From an uncultured Pseudomonadota bacterium (GTDB lineage Bacteria; Oederibacteriota; Muellerivitia; Muellerivitales; Muellerivitaceae), in contig CAWJKT010000006.1 in NCBI GenBank assembly GCA_963843375.1, positions 1-64,000 on the forward strand: a DNA stretch of 64,000 bases, read 5' to 3'. Below are positions 41,023-49,884 of the stretch, piece by piece. The number at the start of each line of letters is the position of its first letter. Position 1 is the stretch's first letter. A program made the translations under genes and the position numbers. The notes beneath the pieces are model-generated. The model worked only from the letters and a program-made list of their open reading frames with translations, was not told where the DNA came from and searched no databases.

Positions 41023-43182
41023 TTATTTCTGGACGAGTAGTTTCATCAATTGGTGGGTTTCCGAACCGCTGCTTTTGAAATCCAGGACCACGTAATAAAG
41101 GCCGTTGGCGATATTCGACCCTGTGTTTCCCCAATCGAGAGTATAGCTGTGCGATCCCAAGGCTGTGGATAAGGTGTCATCTTCATAAATTTTCCGGAAA
41201 GCCAGGGTGAACATTTTCACTTCCACTTGATTCGTGGGGCCGGTCACGTTGTAGGAAAAGTTGACGGAAGTTCCGTTTTTCACCGGGTTAGGATAAAGAG
41301 TGTTGAGGATAGCGGGGGTGGGAGTGGGTGTCGGGGTATTGGTCACGGTGGGCGTAGGGGTAAAGGTGCAGGTATGGCCGGCCCCGTCGGTGCAAGGGGT
41401 GGGAGAGGGGGTGGGTGTGGGAGTGCCCGCCATCAGGCTTAACTGGTAAAGGGTGGCCGAGCGGAAAGGGAGGGTATCTGAAAAGGTGTTGGCGGTAAAG
41501 GTTGGAGCGGTTGGATTATAAGCCGTGGAAGTAGTGGTATCGAAACGATAGGAAGTGATGGACGCTATTTGGGTGATGCCCATGTTATTCAGGGTTACCG
41601 CCGCGCCATGATTGGAGCTGTAATCCTTGTTCAAAATGATCACATTGATCCGGTTGGAATGGGTGCTATCCAGGGCGGCGTAGATGGATGTAAAGGAAAC
41701 CGCATTGGCTCCGAAAGCGGAAGCCAAGATGGAGGTGTTCCCGAACTGGGAACCTTTCCCGTCGTAATTTAAGTACATGTTGTAGGCGGCGGCCACATAG
41801 ACATCGCTTGTGCCGTCGTCCCAGCGGCAGGCGATAGCCCCATTTTCGCCGAATAAGCCAAGTGCGTCTGCTTCGGCGATTCCGCCCGAAATGTCTTCGC
41901 CGGAACCGTACTGGTATTCGGAGAAGGAAAGCTTGGTGCCTGGATAATACTGGCTTACCGCCGATTGAAGCCGAGGTAGAAGGGTGATGGGGTTGCCGCC
42001 GGTGGAATAGGCAGTGATCCAACTGGACTCAACATAAGTGGGGTCCCAGAGGGACCGGGGCGCCTGCATCCGGGCGATGGCAACTCCTTGGCTGGTATCA
42101 TCGTTGGTGATGCGCACGGTGCTGCCGGTTGTGGAGTCATAACCAGTGGCTTCAGGGTACCAATGCAGATCCAGGTAATGTAAAAGCCTCCGGCCTGCCG
42201 CGCTTGACGCGGAGTTCATCGTGGCGAGGTAATAATCCAGATAGGCGATAATATTGGGATTGCTTGAATAGGCATTCAAGGTCGGATTGTCATCCGGCGC
42301 GGATTGGTTATTCACGTATTCCTGCCACCCATAGGAAACCGGCGCTAAAATTTGGGCATTGGGATCCATCGAGGTAATCATCGTGGACAGACTGACCCCT
42401 TTTCCGGACACCTCCGTGCAGGCCGCCTGGTTGGGGTGGCACATAGGATGGGTGCTGTTCCAAAGGCCCGGTTCATTGTCTAGATCGTAAAACTTGGCTC
42501 CGCTTGAATTCGCCCCACCAACGGTGGACAAGAGGTAAGCCATTTCCTGGTTCATGTAGACCACAGTACCGTTGGTTACCGGGGCTCCGGTCGTGGGGCC
42601 GCCGGAAAAGCTGACCGCATCCCAATAGGTATGGGCGGTGTCGGATGGAGCGGTGACGGTCACGAAACAGTTGCAGGCTCCATTGGCCGCGACGAATCCG
42701 GCCATTTGTAACGTGATTAGGGAAGCGGCGGTGACAGCGTTATTCCCATTGATGAAAGTGGTTAAGGTGGTGGCGGGCATTCCCGGAGGGGCTACGGGCC
42801 CTGGCACCATATACCAATCCTCATGGCTGCAGATGGTGCTTCCGGAAGATTCGCAATAGTCCGCCCCGCCGTTGGAAGAATTGTTTTCCCAATTGTAGGC
42901 CGTCAGGCGGTCGCCGCCCAGGCGGTAGAGGGGGATATTATTGACGAGGGGGATGGGACTGTTGGACCCATAAGTATAGGGGGAAATGGGATTGTTATTT
43001 TGCGTGGGGTCCACGATAAAGCCGATGGTTTGGCCCCACAAAATACTAGAACCCAGAAAGTATAAAAAGAAAAAAGAAAGCTTTTTTATGGAATGTCCCT
43101 CAAAAGAGATAAGCAAAAGCAAGTTTATCACACGAATTTTGAAGGTTCTAAGGACAAACTGGAGCGGGAAAGGGAGAGACAA
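41023..43182 (-). CDS. Secreted GH44 endoglucanase/xyloglucanase + C-terminal sorting-like domain
   Basis: RLGGDRLTAYNWENN, LDNEPGLWNSTH, LDLHWYPE, PGTKLSFSEY; YPNP..FRKI..IANGLYY; start uncertain. Confidence 0.88.
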   Translation of the reverse strand: MSLPFPLQFVLRTFKIRVINLLLLISFEGHSIKKLSFFFLYFLGSSILWGQTIGFIVDPTQNNNPISPYTYGSNSPIPLVNNIPLYRLGGDRLTAYNWENNSSNGGADYCESSGSTICSHEDWYMVPGPVAPPGMPATTLTTFINGNNAVTAASLITLQMAGFVAANGACNCFVTVTAPSDTAHTYWDAVSFSGGPTTGAPVTNGTVVYMNQEMAYLLSTVGGANSSGAKFYDLDNEPGLWNSTHPMCHPNQAACTEVSGKGVSLSTMITSMDPNAQILAPVSYGWQEYVNNQSAPDDNPTLNAYSSNPNIIAYLDYYLATMNSASSAAGRRLLHYLDLHWYPEATGYDSTTGSTVRITNDDTSQGVAIARMQAPRSLWDPTYVESSWITAYSTGGNPITLLPRLQSAVSQYYPGTKLSFSEYQYGSGEDISGGIAEADALGLFGENGAIACRWDDGTSDVYVAAAYNMYLNYDGKGSQFGNTSILASAFGANAVSFTSIYAALDSTHSNRINVIILNKDYSSNHGAAVTLNNMGITQIASITSYRFDTTTSTAYNPTAPTFTANTFSDTLPFRSATLYQLSLMAGTPTPTPSPTPCTDGAGHTCTFTPTPTVTNTPTPTPTPAILNTLYPNPVKNGTSVNFSYNVTGPTNQVEVKMFTLAFRKIYEDDTLSTALGSHSYTLDWGNTGSNIANGLYYVVLDFKSSGSETHQLMKLLVQK

Positions 43183-43373
43183 AATAATAATGAAAGAAAT
43201 CCCCTAAAAAGCGGTTTTTAAGTTATCGTATGTCCGCAGAACCGAATGCATTTGGTAACCCTTCTACATTGACGTCACGGGGTAGCGGCCGCCGATAGGC
43301 ACCGCAGAAATAGCGTGACGGAGCTTCATACCTAATATTTCCCCTCATTCATTCCAATAAAAATTAAATGCGG

Positions 43374-43425
43374 TCATTGCGAGGAGTGTCCCGCGAATAG
43401 CGGGACGGTAACGACGCGGCAACTT
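43374..43425. repeat. Partial GTCATTGCGAG-type palindromic intergenic repeat
   Basis: GTCATTGCGAGGAG followed by hairpin GTCCCGC-GAATA-GCGGGAC and CGACGCGGCAA. Confidence 0.45.
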
Positions 43426-43545
43426 CAGTTCCAAATACTGCTGTTTCCCCGAGTTGTCCTTCGATGAACTTAATAAGAAGAAATGACTCACCTCCGTGAA
43501 CATTTCCTCGCCCTAACCGCGATCAAAATTAAATAAGGAATAGAC

Positions 43546-45456
43546 ATGGAAAGTTTTCAAGAGTTGGGATTGCCTGAGTTTTTAGCGCATTCCATCAAGC
43601 AGATGAATTTCGAAAAGCCCACGCCGGTTCAGGCGCAGGCTATTCCCCCGGGATTGGAAGGCAGGGACGTCATCGCTTCCGCCCAAACGGGTACTGGAAA
43701 GACTGCCGCCTTTGGCATACCTCTTCTCACTTACCTGGAAAATCACAAAGACAAGACCGGGTTGATTTTGACTCCCACCAGGGAACTAGCGGTGCAAGTG
43801 CAGGAAGTCTTGCGCCAGCTGAGTGGGACCCATCATTTGGGAGGATCGGTTCTACTCATTGGGGGTGCCAATATGAGCACCCAATTTTCCCAGCTTACTC
43901 GAAAACCCCGATTGATCATCGGCACGCCGGGGCGGGTAATCGACCATCTTAACCGAGGGTCCTTGAACCTGAGCCACACGGGCTTTCTCGTTTTGGACGA
44001 GGCGGACCGCATGCTGGACATGGGTTTCGCGCCCCAGTTGGATGAAATCCGAAAAAAATTGACGAGCGAGCGCCAGACGCTTCTTTTTTCCGCCACCATC
44101 CCGAACAATATCCAACAAATGGCGTCGAAGTATTTGAAAAATCCGGTGCGCATTACCATCGGCTCCACCACCCAACCCCTTCAGAAGATCGAGCAGAAAA
44201 TTCTCTACACCACCGAAGCCAAAAAACCCGAAGAGCTTTCCGCTGAACTCAAGGAAAGACAAGGCTCGATCCTTATTTTCACCCGCACCCAGCACCGGGT
44301 GGATCGCGTTATGAACCGCCTGAAGGAAGAAGGGCTCAAAGTCACTCGCATTCACGGGGGCCGCACGCAATCCCAAAGACGCCAGGCCATCGACCAATTC
44401 CGCGAAGGGAAGTTCCTCATCCTGGTGGCCACTGATATTGCCGCCAGGGGTTTGGACATCCACCATATCGCCCATGTGATCAATTACGATTTGCCCCGCA
44501 ATCCCGAAGACTATATCCACCGTGTGGGCCGCACCGCCCGGGCTGGGGCAGAAGGTGAATCCCTTTGTTTCCTGACCCCCGAGGACAGGGAATTGTGGGG
44601 AAGAATTTTGAAACTGATGGGCGCCAACAAGGATTCCATCGTAGTCAAACCTTCCCACTTTGGTTTCACCGCCCCCAAGGAAGGGCCGGTTTCAAGGCCT
44701 CAGCATCAAGGGCCCCGACCTCATTCCCAGGGCCATACCCCTCAAAGGCATGATCGCGGCCGACATACCGGATCTCCTCAAGGCCGAGAATCGTATGCTC
44801 CCTCCCACGTCCGTCCTCCCCATCGGGATCATGATAGCCGGGGCTTCCAAGGCGGGCACCGGGATTCCCAATCACAGGATTTCCGCCAAAAAAATCGCCA
44901 TCCGGATGGAAGGCACCAGCAAAGATCGCAAATGCACCAGGAAAGATTCCAAGACCACCGGGAGGAAGCCCCGAACGAGCCCACGCCTTTCGATGAAGCT
45001 GACGAGAAACAACCAATGTCAAATGAGTCCCGCAATTGGGGGAAGCCTGTCGGGTTCATGCAGGCTTTGGGAAGAAAATTCATGGGCGGGGGAAGGCCAT
45101 CCTCATCTGGTCGCCCTTTTCAACGCGAGAACCGCGGGGGTTTTAGAAAGGAAGGCCGTCCTGGACGGGATAATCGGGGTGGTTTTCAAGATCGTTCCGG
45201 TTTTCGCCGGGAAGGCGGGTTCGCGGGTCCAGGTGGAGCGCCCCACCGCAGGTCTTCGCAAGGGGAGAGGCCCCATAGCGGCCCCCGGCCTTTTGTTCGA
45301 GATGGACAGCACCGTTCCGAACACCGCCCGGGAGAACATTCTTTCAGGGGGGGGCGGCCGGGGGGAGAACACCGTCCCGGTAATTTTCACCCTAAGGGTG
45401 GGTTTAAAAGGTCAGGCCCTGGAAAACCAAGGCCGGGTGGATTTAGACCCCAATAA
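43546..45456 (+). CDS. DEAD-box RNA helicase with long Arg/Gly/His-rich tail
   Basis: Q motif, AQTGTGKT, PTRELA, DEAD, SAT, HRVGRTARAG. Confidence 0.95.
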   Translation: MESFQELGLPEFLAHSIKQMNFEKPTPVQAQAIPPGLEGRDVIASAQTGTGKTAAFGIPLLTYLENHKDKTGLILTPTRELAVQVQEVLRQLSGTHHLGGSVLLIGGANMSTQFSQLTRKPRLIIGTPGRVIDHLNRGSLNLSHTGFLVLDEADRMLDMGFAPQLDEIRKKLTSERQTLLFSATIPNNIQQMASKYLKNPVRITIGSTTQPLQKIEQKILYTTEAKKPEELSAELKERQGSILIFTRTQHRVDRVMNRLKEEGLKVTRIHGGRTQSQRRQAIDQFREGKFLILVATDIAARGLDIHHIAHVINYDLPRNPEDYIHRVGRTARAGAEGESLCFLTPEDRELWGRILKLMGANKDSIVVKPSHFGFTAPKEGPVSRPQHQGPRPHSQGHTPQRHDRGRHTGSPQGRESYAPSHVRPPHRDHDSRGFQGGHRDSQSQDFRQKNRHPDGRHQQRSQMHQERFQDHREEAPNEPTPFDEADEKQPMSNESRNWGKPVGFMQALGRKFMGGGRPSSSGRPFQRENRGGFRKEGRPGRDNRGGFQDRSGFRREGGFAGPGGAPHRRSSQGERPHSGPRPFVRDGQHRSEHRPGEHSFRGGRPGGEHRPGNFHPKGGFKRSGPGKPRPGGFRPQ

Positions 45457-45564
45457 AATTTGAACCAAGTCTGGGTCACCAATATCGGCAGCGGATGGGT
45501 TCACGTGGACACGCCCTAGTTACCATTCGGGGGTTGGAATTGGTCGCTCAACACCAATTCAGTT

Positions 45565-45590
45565 GTTCGCGAAGGGTCCCCGTCTAGGAA
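45565..45590 (+). repeat. Cassette-boundary site 8 (degenerate, array end)
   Basis: GTTCGCGAAG-GGTCCC-CGTCTAGGAA. Confidence 0.7.
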
Positions 45591-45592
45591 AA

Positions 45593-46552
45593 TCAGCTTA
45601 TAACAAACACCACTCGGGATTTTCCGTGTTTTGCATTCCAAGCTTTCCCGACGTTGACGAGCGGAACAGCGGTTGTCTCGATCTGGAATTTACCGGGCAG
45701 AACCGCCTGCATCACATCGTTAGTCGCGGAGATTAGATCTTTCAGGGAAACACTTTTGATTCCGCTACCCATGAGCGCGATGGCCGAAGAACGAAGGGCC
45801 GCGCTAGGGAGCGTAATATTTGGCGAACTCATCGAGCCGATTTGGACGAAACGGATCGGCACGGCTTCTTTTCCCGCCTTTGCCCCGGCAATCATAATCC
45901 TCTCGGCGCTTGGTCCCCAGAGGTAATCCAAGACGACATCGACTCCATCACCTCCGAATTGCTCCTTTAAAGCGTCCTCAAAGGCGTCACCGCTATCACC
46001 GAGCGGGATGATCACCTCCGCGCCTAAACCCTTAACCTTTTGCAGGGAGTCAGAATCGCGGCCCGTGGCGATAATTTTTTTTGCGCCCAAATATTTCGAG
46101 ATTTGGACAGCCAGTTTTCCCGCATTTCCAGTTGCGCCATTGACCAGAACGATTTCACCCGCTTTGAATGCCGCCCGTATTCTGAGTGCCGCCATCGAAG
46201 ACATGCCGGGGTTAGCGATCGCCGCCGCGGTCACGTCGTCCACTTGGTCAGGCACAGGAAAACAGTTTTCCTTTCGAACGAGAACTTTTTCGGCCATGCC
46301 GCCGAAGGGAGCTGACGGCATCACGAAGTACAATCTTTTTCCATTCGAATTTTGGCCAACGCCGTCAATCCCAACCACCATGGGGAATAGGCTTGAAGAA
46401 CTGTAATGTTCACCTGAAGCCCGGGATTTCGCTAAGTTCGAGAGGGCGGATGCCTTGACGGTTATCAGTTCATGCCCCGCTTGGGCAGTTGGTTCCTTAA
46501 AATCCCCATAGACGGGCACTTGGTTAGGTCCGCTAACAATCGCAGCTTTCAT
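45593..46552 (-). CDS. Zinc-binding alcohol dehydrogenase / quinone oxidoreductase family protein
   Basis: VGIDGVG, AAAIANPGMSS, VNGATGNAG, DVVLDYLWG. Confidence 0.88.
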   Translation of the reverse strand: MKAAIVSGPNQVPVYGDFKEPTAQAGHELITVKASALSNLAKSRASGEHYSSSSLFPMVVGIDGVGQNSNGKRLYFVMPSAPFGGMAEKVLVRKENCFPVPDQVDDVTAAAIANPGMSSMAALRIRAAFKAGEIVLVNGATGNAGKLAVQISKYLGAKKIIATGRDSDSLQKVKGLGAEVIIPLGDSGDAFEDALKEQFGGDGVDVVLDYLWGPSAERIMIAGAKAGKEAVPIRFVQIGSMSSPNITLPSAALRSSAIALMGSGIKSVSLKDLISATNDVMQAVLPGKFQIETTAVPLVNVGKAWNAKHGKSRVVFVIS

Positions 46553-46594
46553 GATGAGTCTCCTTTCCAGTAGAAGAATTTCGAGTTTTCATTT

Positions 46595-46620
46595 GTCCGC
46601 GACGGGTCCCCGTCGTGGAC
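46595..46620 (+). repeat. Cassette-boundary site 9
   Basis: GTCCGCGACG-GGTCCC-CGTCGTGGAC. Confidence 0.9.
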
Positions 46621-46701
46621 AACCCATTACCTAACCCCCGAATTCCCCGGTGTTGAATTCCTGTGAAGCACAGGGGGAAGTCCGGGCCCCTAGATTATAC
46701 T

Positions 46702-47229
46702 TTAAGGGCTTTTTCGTGAATTCCTGGCACTCCGCCTATTTCCCTTTGGCCTTGACCCCATGTTTTTAATCCACCAATACTCATATTGATTAATGATTAT
46801 TTCTCGTCTTTTTAAATGAGAATCAGCAAGTTTTTGAAACGAGATATTTTCAATTTCCCCTTGGGTTAAGTTCATATTTTCATTCGATTTAAAATCATCT
46901 AACGTTCCAAACTGTTTATTAGTAATCTCCGATAATGCAAAGAATGCCGCAACCCGAATACTTGCTTTTGAATTGGACAAATATTTAATTAAATAAGAAA
47001 CCGCATCTTTTCCCATCTCAATCACATCTTTATATTCTTTTGGCTCAGAAATTATTGCCAAAGACATACGATTATCAATCCAATATTTGCCAAAACTCTG
47101 TACATTTTCGTTCGTAAAGTTTTCTATCTGAACTGGTACTTTTGTTTCGGCCAAACAAACTAATACGGATAGCAATGCACTGCCCCAGATAAAAATCTTT
47201 GAGAAAAAAATGAATTTCTTATTCGTCAT
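46702..47229 (-). CDS. AT-rich exported hypothetical protein with a HEAT-like repeat
   Basis: Signal peptide; MGKDAVSYLIKYL..IRVAAFFALSEIT. Confidence 0.65.
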   Translation of the reverse strand: MTNKKFIFFSKIFIWGSALLSVLVCLAETKVPVQIENFTNENVQSFGKYWIDNRMSLAIISEPKEYKDVIEMGKDAVSYLIKYLSNSKASIRVAAFFALSEITNKQFGTLDDFKSNENMNLTQGEIENISFQKLADSHLKRREIIINQYEYWWIKNMGSRPKGNRRSARNSRKSP

Positions 47230-47248
47230 TTATTCTTTCTAATCCTTT

Positions 47249-47274
47249 GTCCAATCCGGGCCCCCGTCGTGGAC
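47249..47274 (+). repeat. Cassette-boundary site 10
   Basis: GTCCAATCCG-GGCCCC-CGTCGTGGAC. Confidence 0.88.
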
Positions 47275-47288
47275 AACGCTTTTTCGTC

Positions 47289-47558
47289 TTATTCAAATAA
47301 ATCTGAATGTGTTCCGGTTCTTTCAAAAATGATTTCATTTGCAGAAAGCTTGTAAATCAAAAGCCAATCTGGTTCCAAATGGCATTCCCAGCGGTCCTTG
47401 TAATTCCCCGAAAGTTTATGATTCCGTAATCGAGCGTCCAAGACACTCTGAGCGATTAACCGATTGGCGACTTCCTTGAACTTTTCAACCGGTTTACCGC
47501 GCCGAAGCATCAACTTGAGGTCTTTTTGAAATTGATTGGTATAGGAAGGATTGAGCAT
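47289..47558 (-). CDS. yafQ: YafQ family mRNA interferase toxin
   Basis: FQKDLK, HKLSGNY, ECHLEPDWLLIY, RTGTHSDLF. Confidence 0.93.
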   Translation of the reverse strand: MLNPSYTNQFQKDLKLMLRRGKPVEKFKEVANRLIAQSVLDARLRNHKLSGNYKDRWECHLEPDWLLIYKLSANEIIFERTGTHSDLFE

Positions 47559-47818
47559 CAGATGCCGAGTTTACGGAACATGTCCTCAGCATTCTTGGTT
47601 CGAACCAGATGTCGCCCTTTATCCGTGGACTTGAAAACGGCCTTCGTTTTCGCGTTCGGCAGGGCGACTTCAAAAGGAAGCCCGCGCCTCAAGAGGATTT
47701 GACTATAAAAAATGGAAATGGCCTGGCTGGCCGTAAGCCCCAGTTGATGCAACAATTTTTCTGTATCTGCTTTCAAATGCGGTTCCAACCGCGCACGGAC
47801 CGTCGCTTCTTTTGCCAT
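47558..47818 (-). CDS. dinJ: RelB/DinJ family antitoxin
   Basis: VRARLE..LGLTASQAI..GLPFEV..PN; operator-like inverted repeat ATGTAGC-N8-GCTACAT at 47846-47867. Confidence 0.9.
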   Translation of the reverse strand: MAKEATVRARLEPHLKADTEKLLHQLGLTASQAISIFYSQILLRRGLPFEVALPNAKTKAVFKSTDKGRHLVRTKNAEDMFRKLGI

Positions 47819-47884
47819 GTTGCCCCCCTTTAAGAACTAGTGCAAATGTAGCACAGATGGGCTACATATTCAAGCTACTTGTCT

Positions 47885-47910
47885 GTCCAATGCGGGTCCC
47901 CGTCGTGGAC
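47885..47910 (+). repeat. Cassette-boundary site 11
   Basis: GTCCAATGCG-GGTCCC-CGTCGTGGAC. Confidence 0.9.
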
Positions 47911-47968
47911 ACCTTAAACCCTAAATAAACTCTATTTTACTCTTTTTGTCGGGAAGACGGCAGAACAC

Positions 47969-48000
47969 TTGACATAATGTCTCATATTTGAGACCATTAT
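47969..48000 (+). promoter_or_regulatory. Promoter/operator of the higBA-like pair
   Basis: TTGACA at 47969 overlapped by inverted repeat ATAATGTCTCA-TATT-TGAGACCATTAT. Confidence 0.6.
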
Positions 48001-48003
48001 TAA

Positions 48004-48321
48004 GTGATATCACCACTGCCACAATGCGTGAAAGAGATCGCAGAATTCCCCTAGGAGGTACGGGAATATCTCGCCGACGCTTTAGCACGATTGGATGAAG
48101 GTCACACGCTTTCCATGCCCCTGTCCCGGCCGATGCCTTCCATTGGAAAGGGTGTTCATGAATTGAGATTCAGGGATCGTGCTGGAATTTACCGGGTGAT
48201 CTATGTTTTGGTTGGCGCGGGAATCATTTACTTGGTTCATGCTTTTGTTAAAAAAGACAAGATGACGCCGATGCCGAATATTGATTTGGCGAAAAGACAC
48301 TTAAAGGAAGTGAAAAGATGA
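48004..48321 (+). pseudogene. RelE/HigB (Gp49-like) toxin with in-frame TAG at 48052-48054
   Basis: GTG 48004 is in frame with PMPSIGKGVHELR..YRVIY..VHAFVKK. Confidence 0.75.
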
Positions 48322-48605
48322 AACACAAAAGTACAGCGGTTGAAATCGCGAAATTGGTAGATGTTTTTCCAGCGAGAGGAATGGAGGCTATTATCAAAGC
48401 ACAACTGATAACAGCTGTTTTGCAAGCCATTCAAGTTAAGAAAATGACTCATCTGGAACTCGCAAAGCGTTCGAAGCTCCCCAGGAGCGCCGTGACGGGT
48501 ATTCTTTCAGGCAGTTTACAGAAGGTCACCATTGATCGAGTTCTTAGGCTCATTGAAGCGGTTGGCCTTATCGCTGAGATTCGAATCAGGAAACCTGCCG
48601 CCTAA
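48318..48605 (+). CDS. XRE-family HTH antitoxin (HigA-like)
   Basis: MTHLELAKRSKLPRSAVTGILSG HTH; ATGA overlap with the toxin. Confidence 0.82.
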   Translation: MKHKSTAVEIAKLVDVFPARGMEAIIKAQLITAVLQAIQVKKMTHLELAKRSKLPRSAVTGILSGSLQKVTIDRVLRLIEAVGLIAEIRIRKPAA

Positions 48606-48654
48606 AAAAGTTCCGGGAAAACATTTTCGATTAGGATAGTCAGTGATACTGACT

Positions 48655-48680
48655 GTTCCTTCTGGGTCCCCGCCAGGGAC
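48655..48680 (+). repeat. Cassette-boundary site 12 (degenerate)
   Basis: GTTCCTTCTG-GGTCCC-CGCCAGGGAC followed by AAC. Confidence 0.6.
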
Positions 48681-48779
48681 AACCCTAGACTATTGAATGA
48701 AAATTTTCCAGTCGGGCCGGGGTGATAAAGGTGGTCATGCAAATTCTCCTTATTTAAAAATTTGCAATAAAATGGGTGA

Positions 48780-49830
48780 CCCGAGTTCAATAGTGAAGTG
48801 CACCACTTAGTCGGTTAAGACTCCGCGTTAATATGCGCGGATATGAAAACAAACTACCACCATTTAAACATTGAAGAACGAGACAAATTGGCCGTTCTCC
48901 GAAGCCGTGGCCTTAGCCTCCGGGAAATTGCTAAATCCCTTGGTCGAAACCATAGTTCTTTAGTTCGAGAACTAAAGCGGAACACACCACCTATTCGTTC
49001 TGGATACTACTTATCTCACAAAGCCCACCAACGGGCTGTTGAGCGACGACAAATCGCTGTTCACCACAAAAGACTCAAGACTCGACGCCTCAGGGCTTAT
49101 GTTGCCCGCCAACTCAAACGAGGTTGGTCTCCTGAACTCATTGCCGGTCGAGTTCAACTCCTGGACTGGCCCGAAGGAATCACACACGAAGCAATTTACC
49201 AGTGGGTCTACCAAGATGCCCCTCATTATATTCCGTTCCTTGCCAGAGCCCTCCGCAAGCGTCGAAAACGCGGCTACAGTCGCAAACACACAAAAAGCCA
49301 TATCCCATCACGCGTTTCCATCGATCAGCGTCCCAAAGCCATTCAATCTCGCAAGCAGTCAGGTCATTGGGAAGCTGACACCATTGTTTCCCGCCAGAGT
49401 CGCCCCGTATTACAAATCGTGGTCGAACGCAAAGCCCGCTACACATTCCTCAATCGTCTACCTAATCGTGAAGCGGCAACCATGCGAAAAACTATGAACA
49501 GAGCTATGTGCAAACTTCCACCCGAATTGAGACGAACCATTACTTACGACAACGGAACAGAAAACGTTGAGCATCAACTCGTCAATGCTGTTCTAGGTAC
49601 TCAGTCTTACTTTTGCCACCCATACACCAGTCAGGAAAGAGGTACGGTCGAAAATCGAGCCGGACTGGTTCGTCGACACTTTCCAAAGCGAACAGACTTC
49701 GCTAAGCTAAGTCAGTCCAAGGTCAAAGCCGTGGAACGTTAGATTAATCACCGTCCCATGAAATGCCTTGGGTTTAAAACTCCCGCGGAGGTCTTTCGCC
49801 CGGGTGGTGCACTTCGAGGTTGAATTCAGC
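48780..49830 (+). mobile_element. IS30 family insertion sequence
   Basis: Inverted repeats GAGTTCAATAGTGAAGTGCACCAC (48783-48806) and GTGGTGCACTTCGAGGTTGAATTC (49804-49827); candidate TGA direct repeats at 48777-48779 and 49831-49833. Confidence 0.85.
48843..49742 (+). CDS. IS30 family transposase, truncated by a premature TAG
   Basis: WSPELIAGR, GHWEADT, TYDNGTE, RGTVEN; INHRPMKCLGFKTPAEVF continues after the stop. Confidence 0.9.
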   Translation: MKTNYHHLNIEERDKLAVLRSRGLSLREIAKSLGRNHSSLVRELKRNTPPIRSGYYLSHKAHQRAVERRQIAVHHKRLKTRRLRAYVARQLKRGWSPELIAGRVQLLDWPEGITHEAIYQWVYQDAPHYIPFLARALRKRRKRGYSRKHTKSHIPSRVSIDQRPKAIQSRKQSGHWEADTIVSRQSRPVLQIVVERKARYTFLNRLPNREAATMRKTMNRAMCKLPPELRRTITYDNGTENVEHQLVNAVLGTQSYFCHPYTSQERGTVENRAGLVRRHFPKRTDFAKLSQSKVKAVER

Positions 49831-49884
49831 TGATTTATTTTTCGGATGAGCAAATAGAAGCGTTCAAAGATGACGTTTTAATGA

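Noticed and set aside
48052..49742. Amber (TAG) recoding suggested by two in-frame TAG codons
   Set aside because: TAG serves as a normal stop for the genes ending at 7656 and 8334; nonsense mutations in a toxin and a transposase are commonplace.
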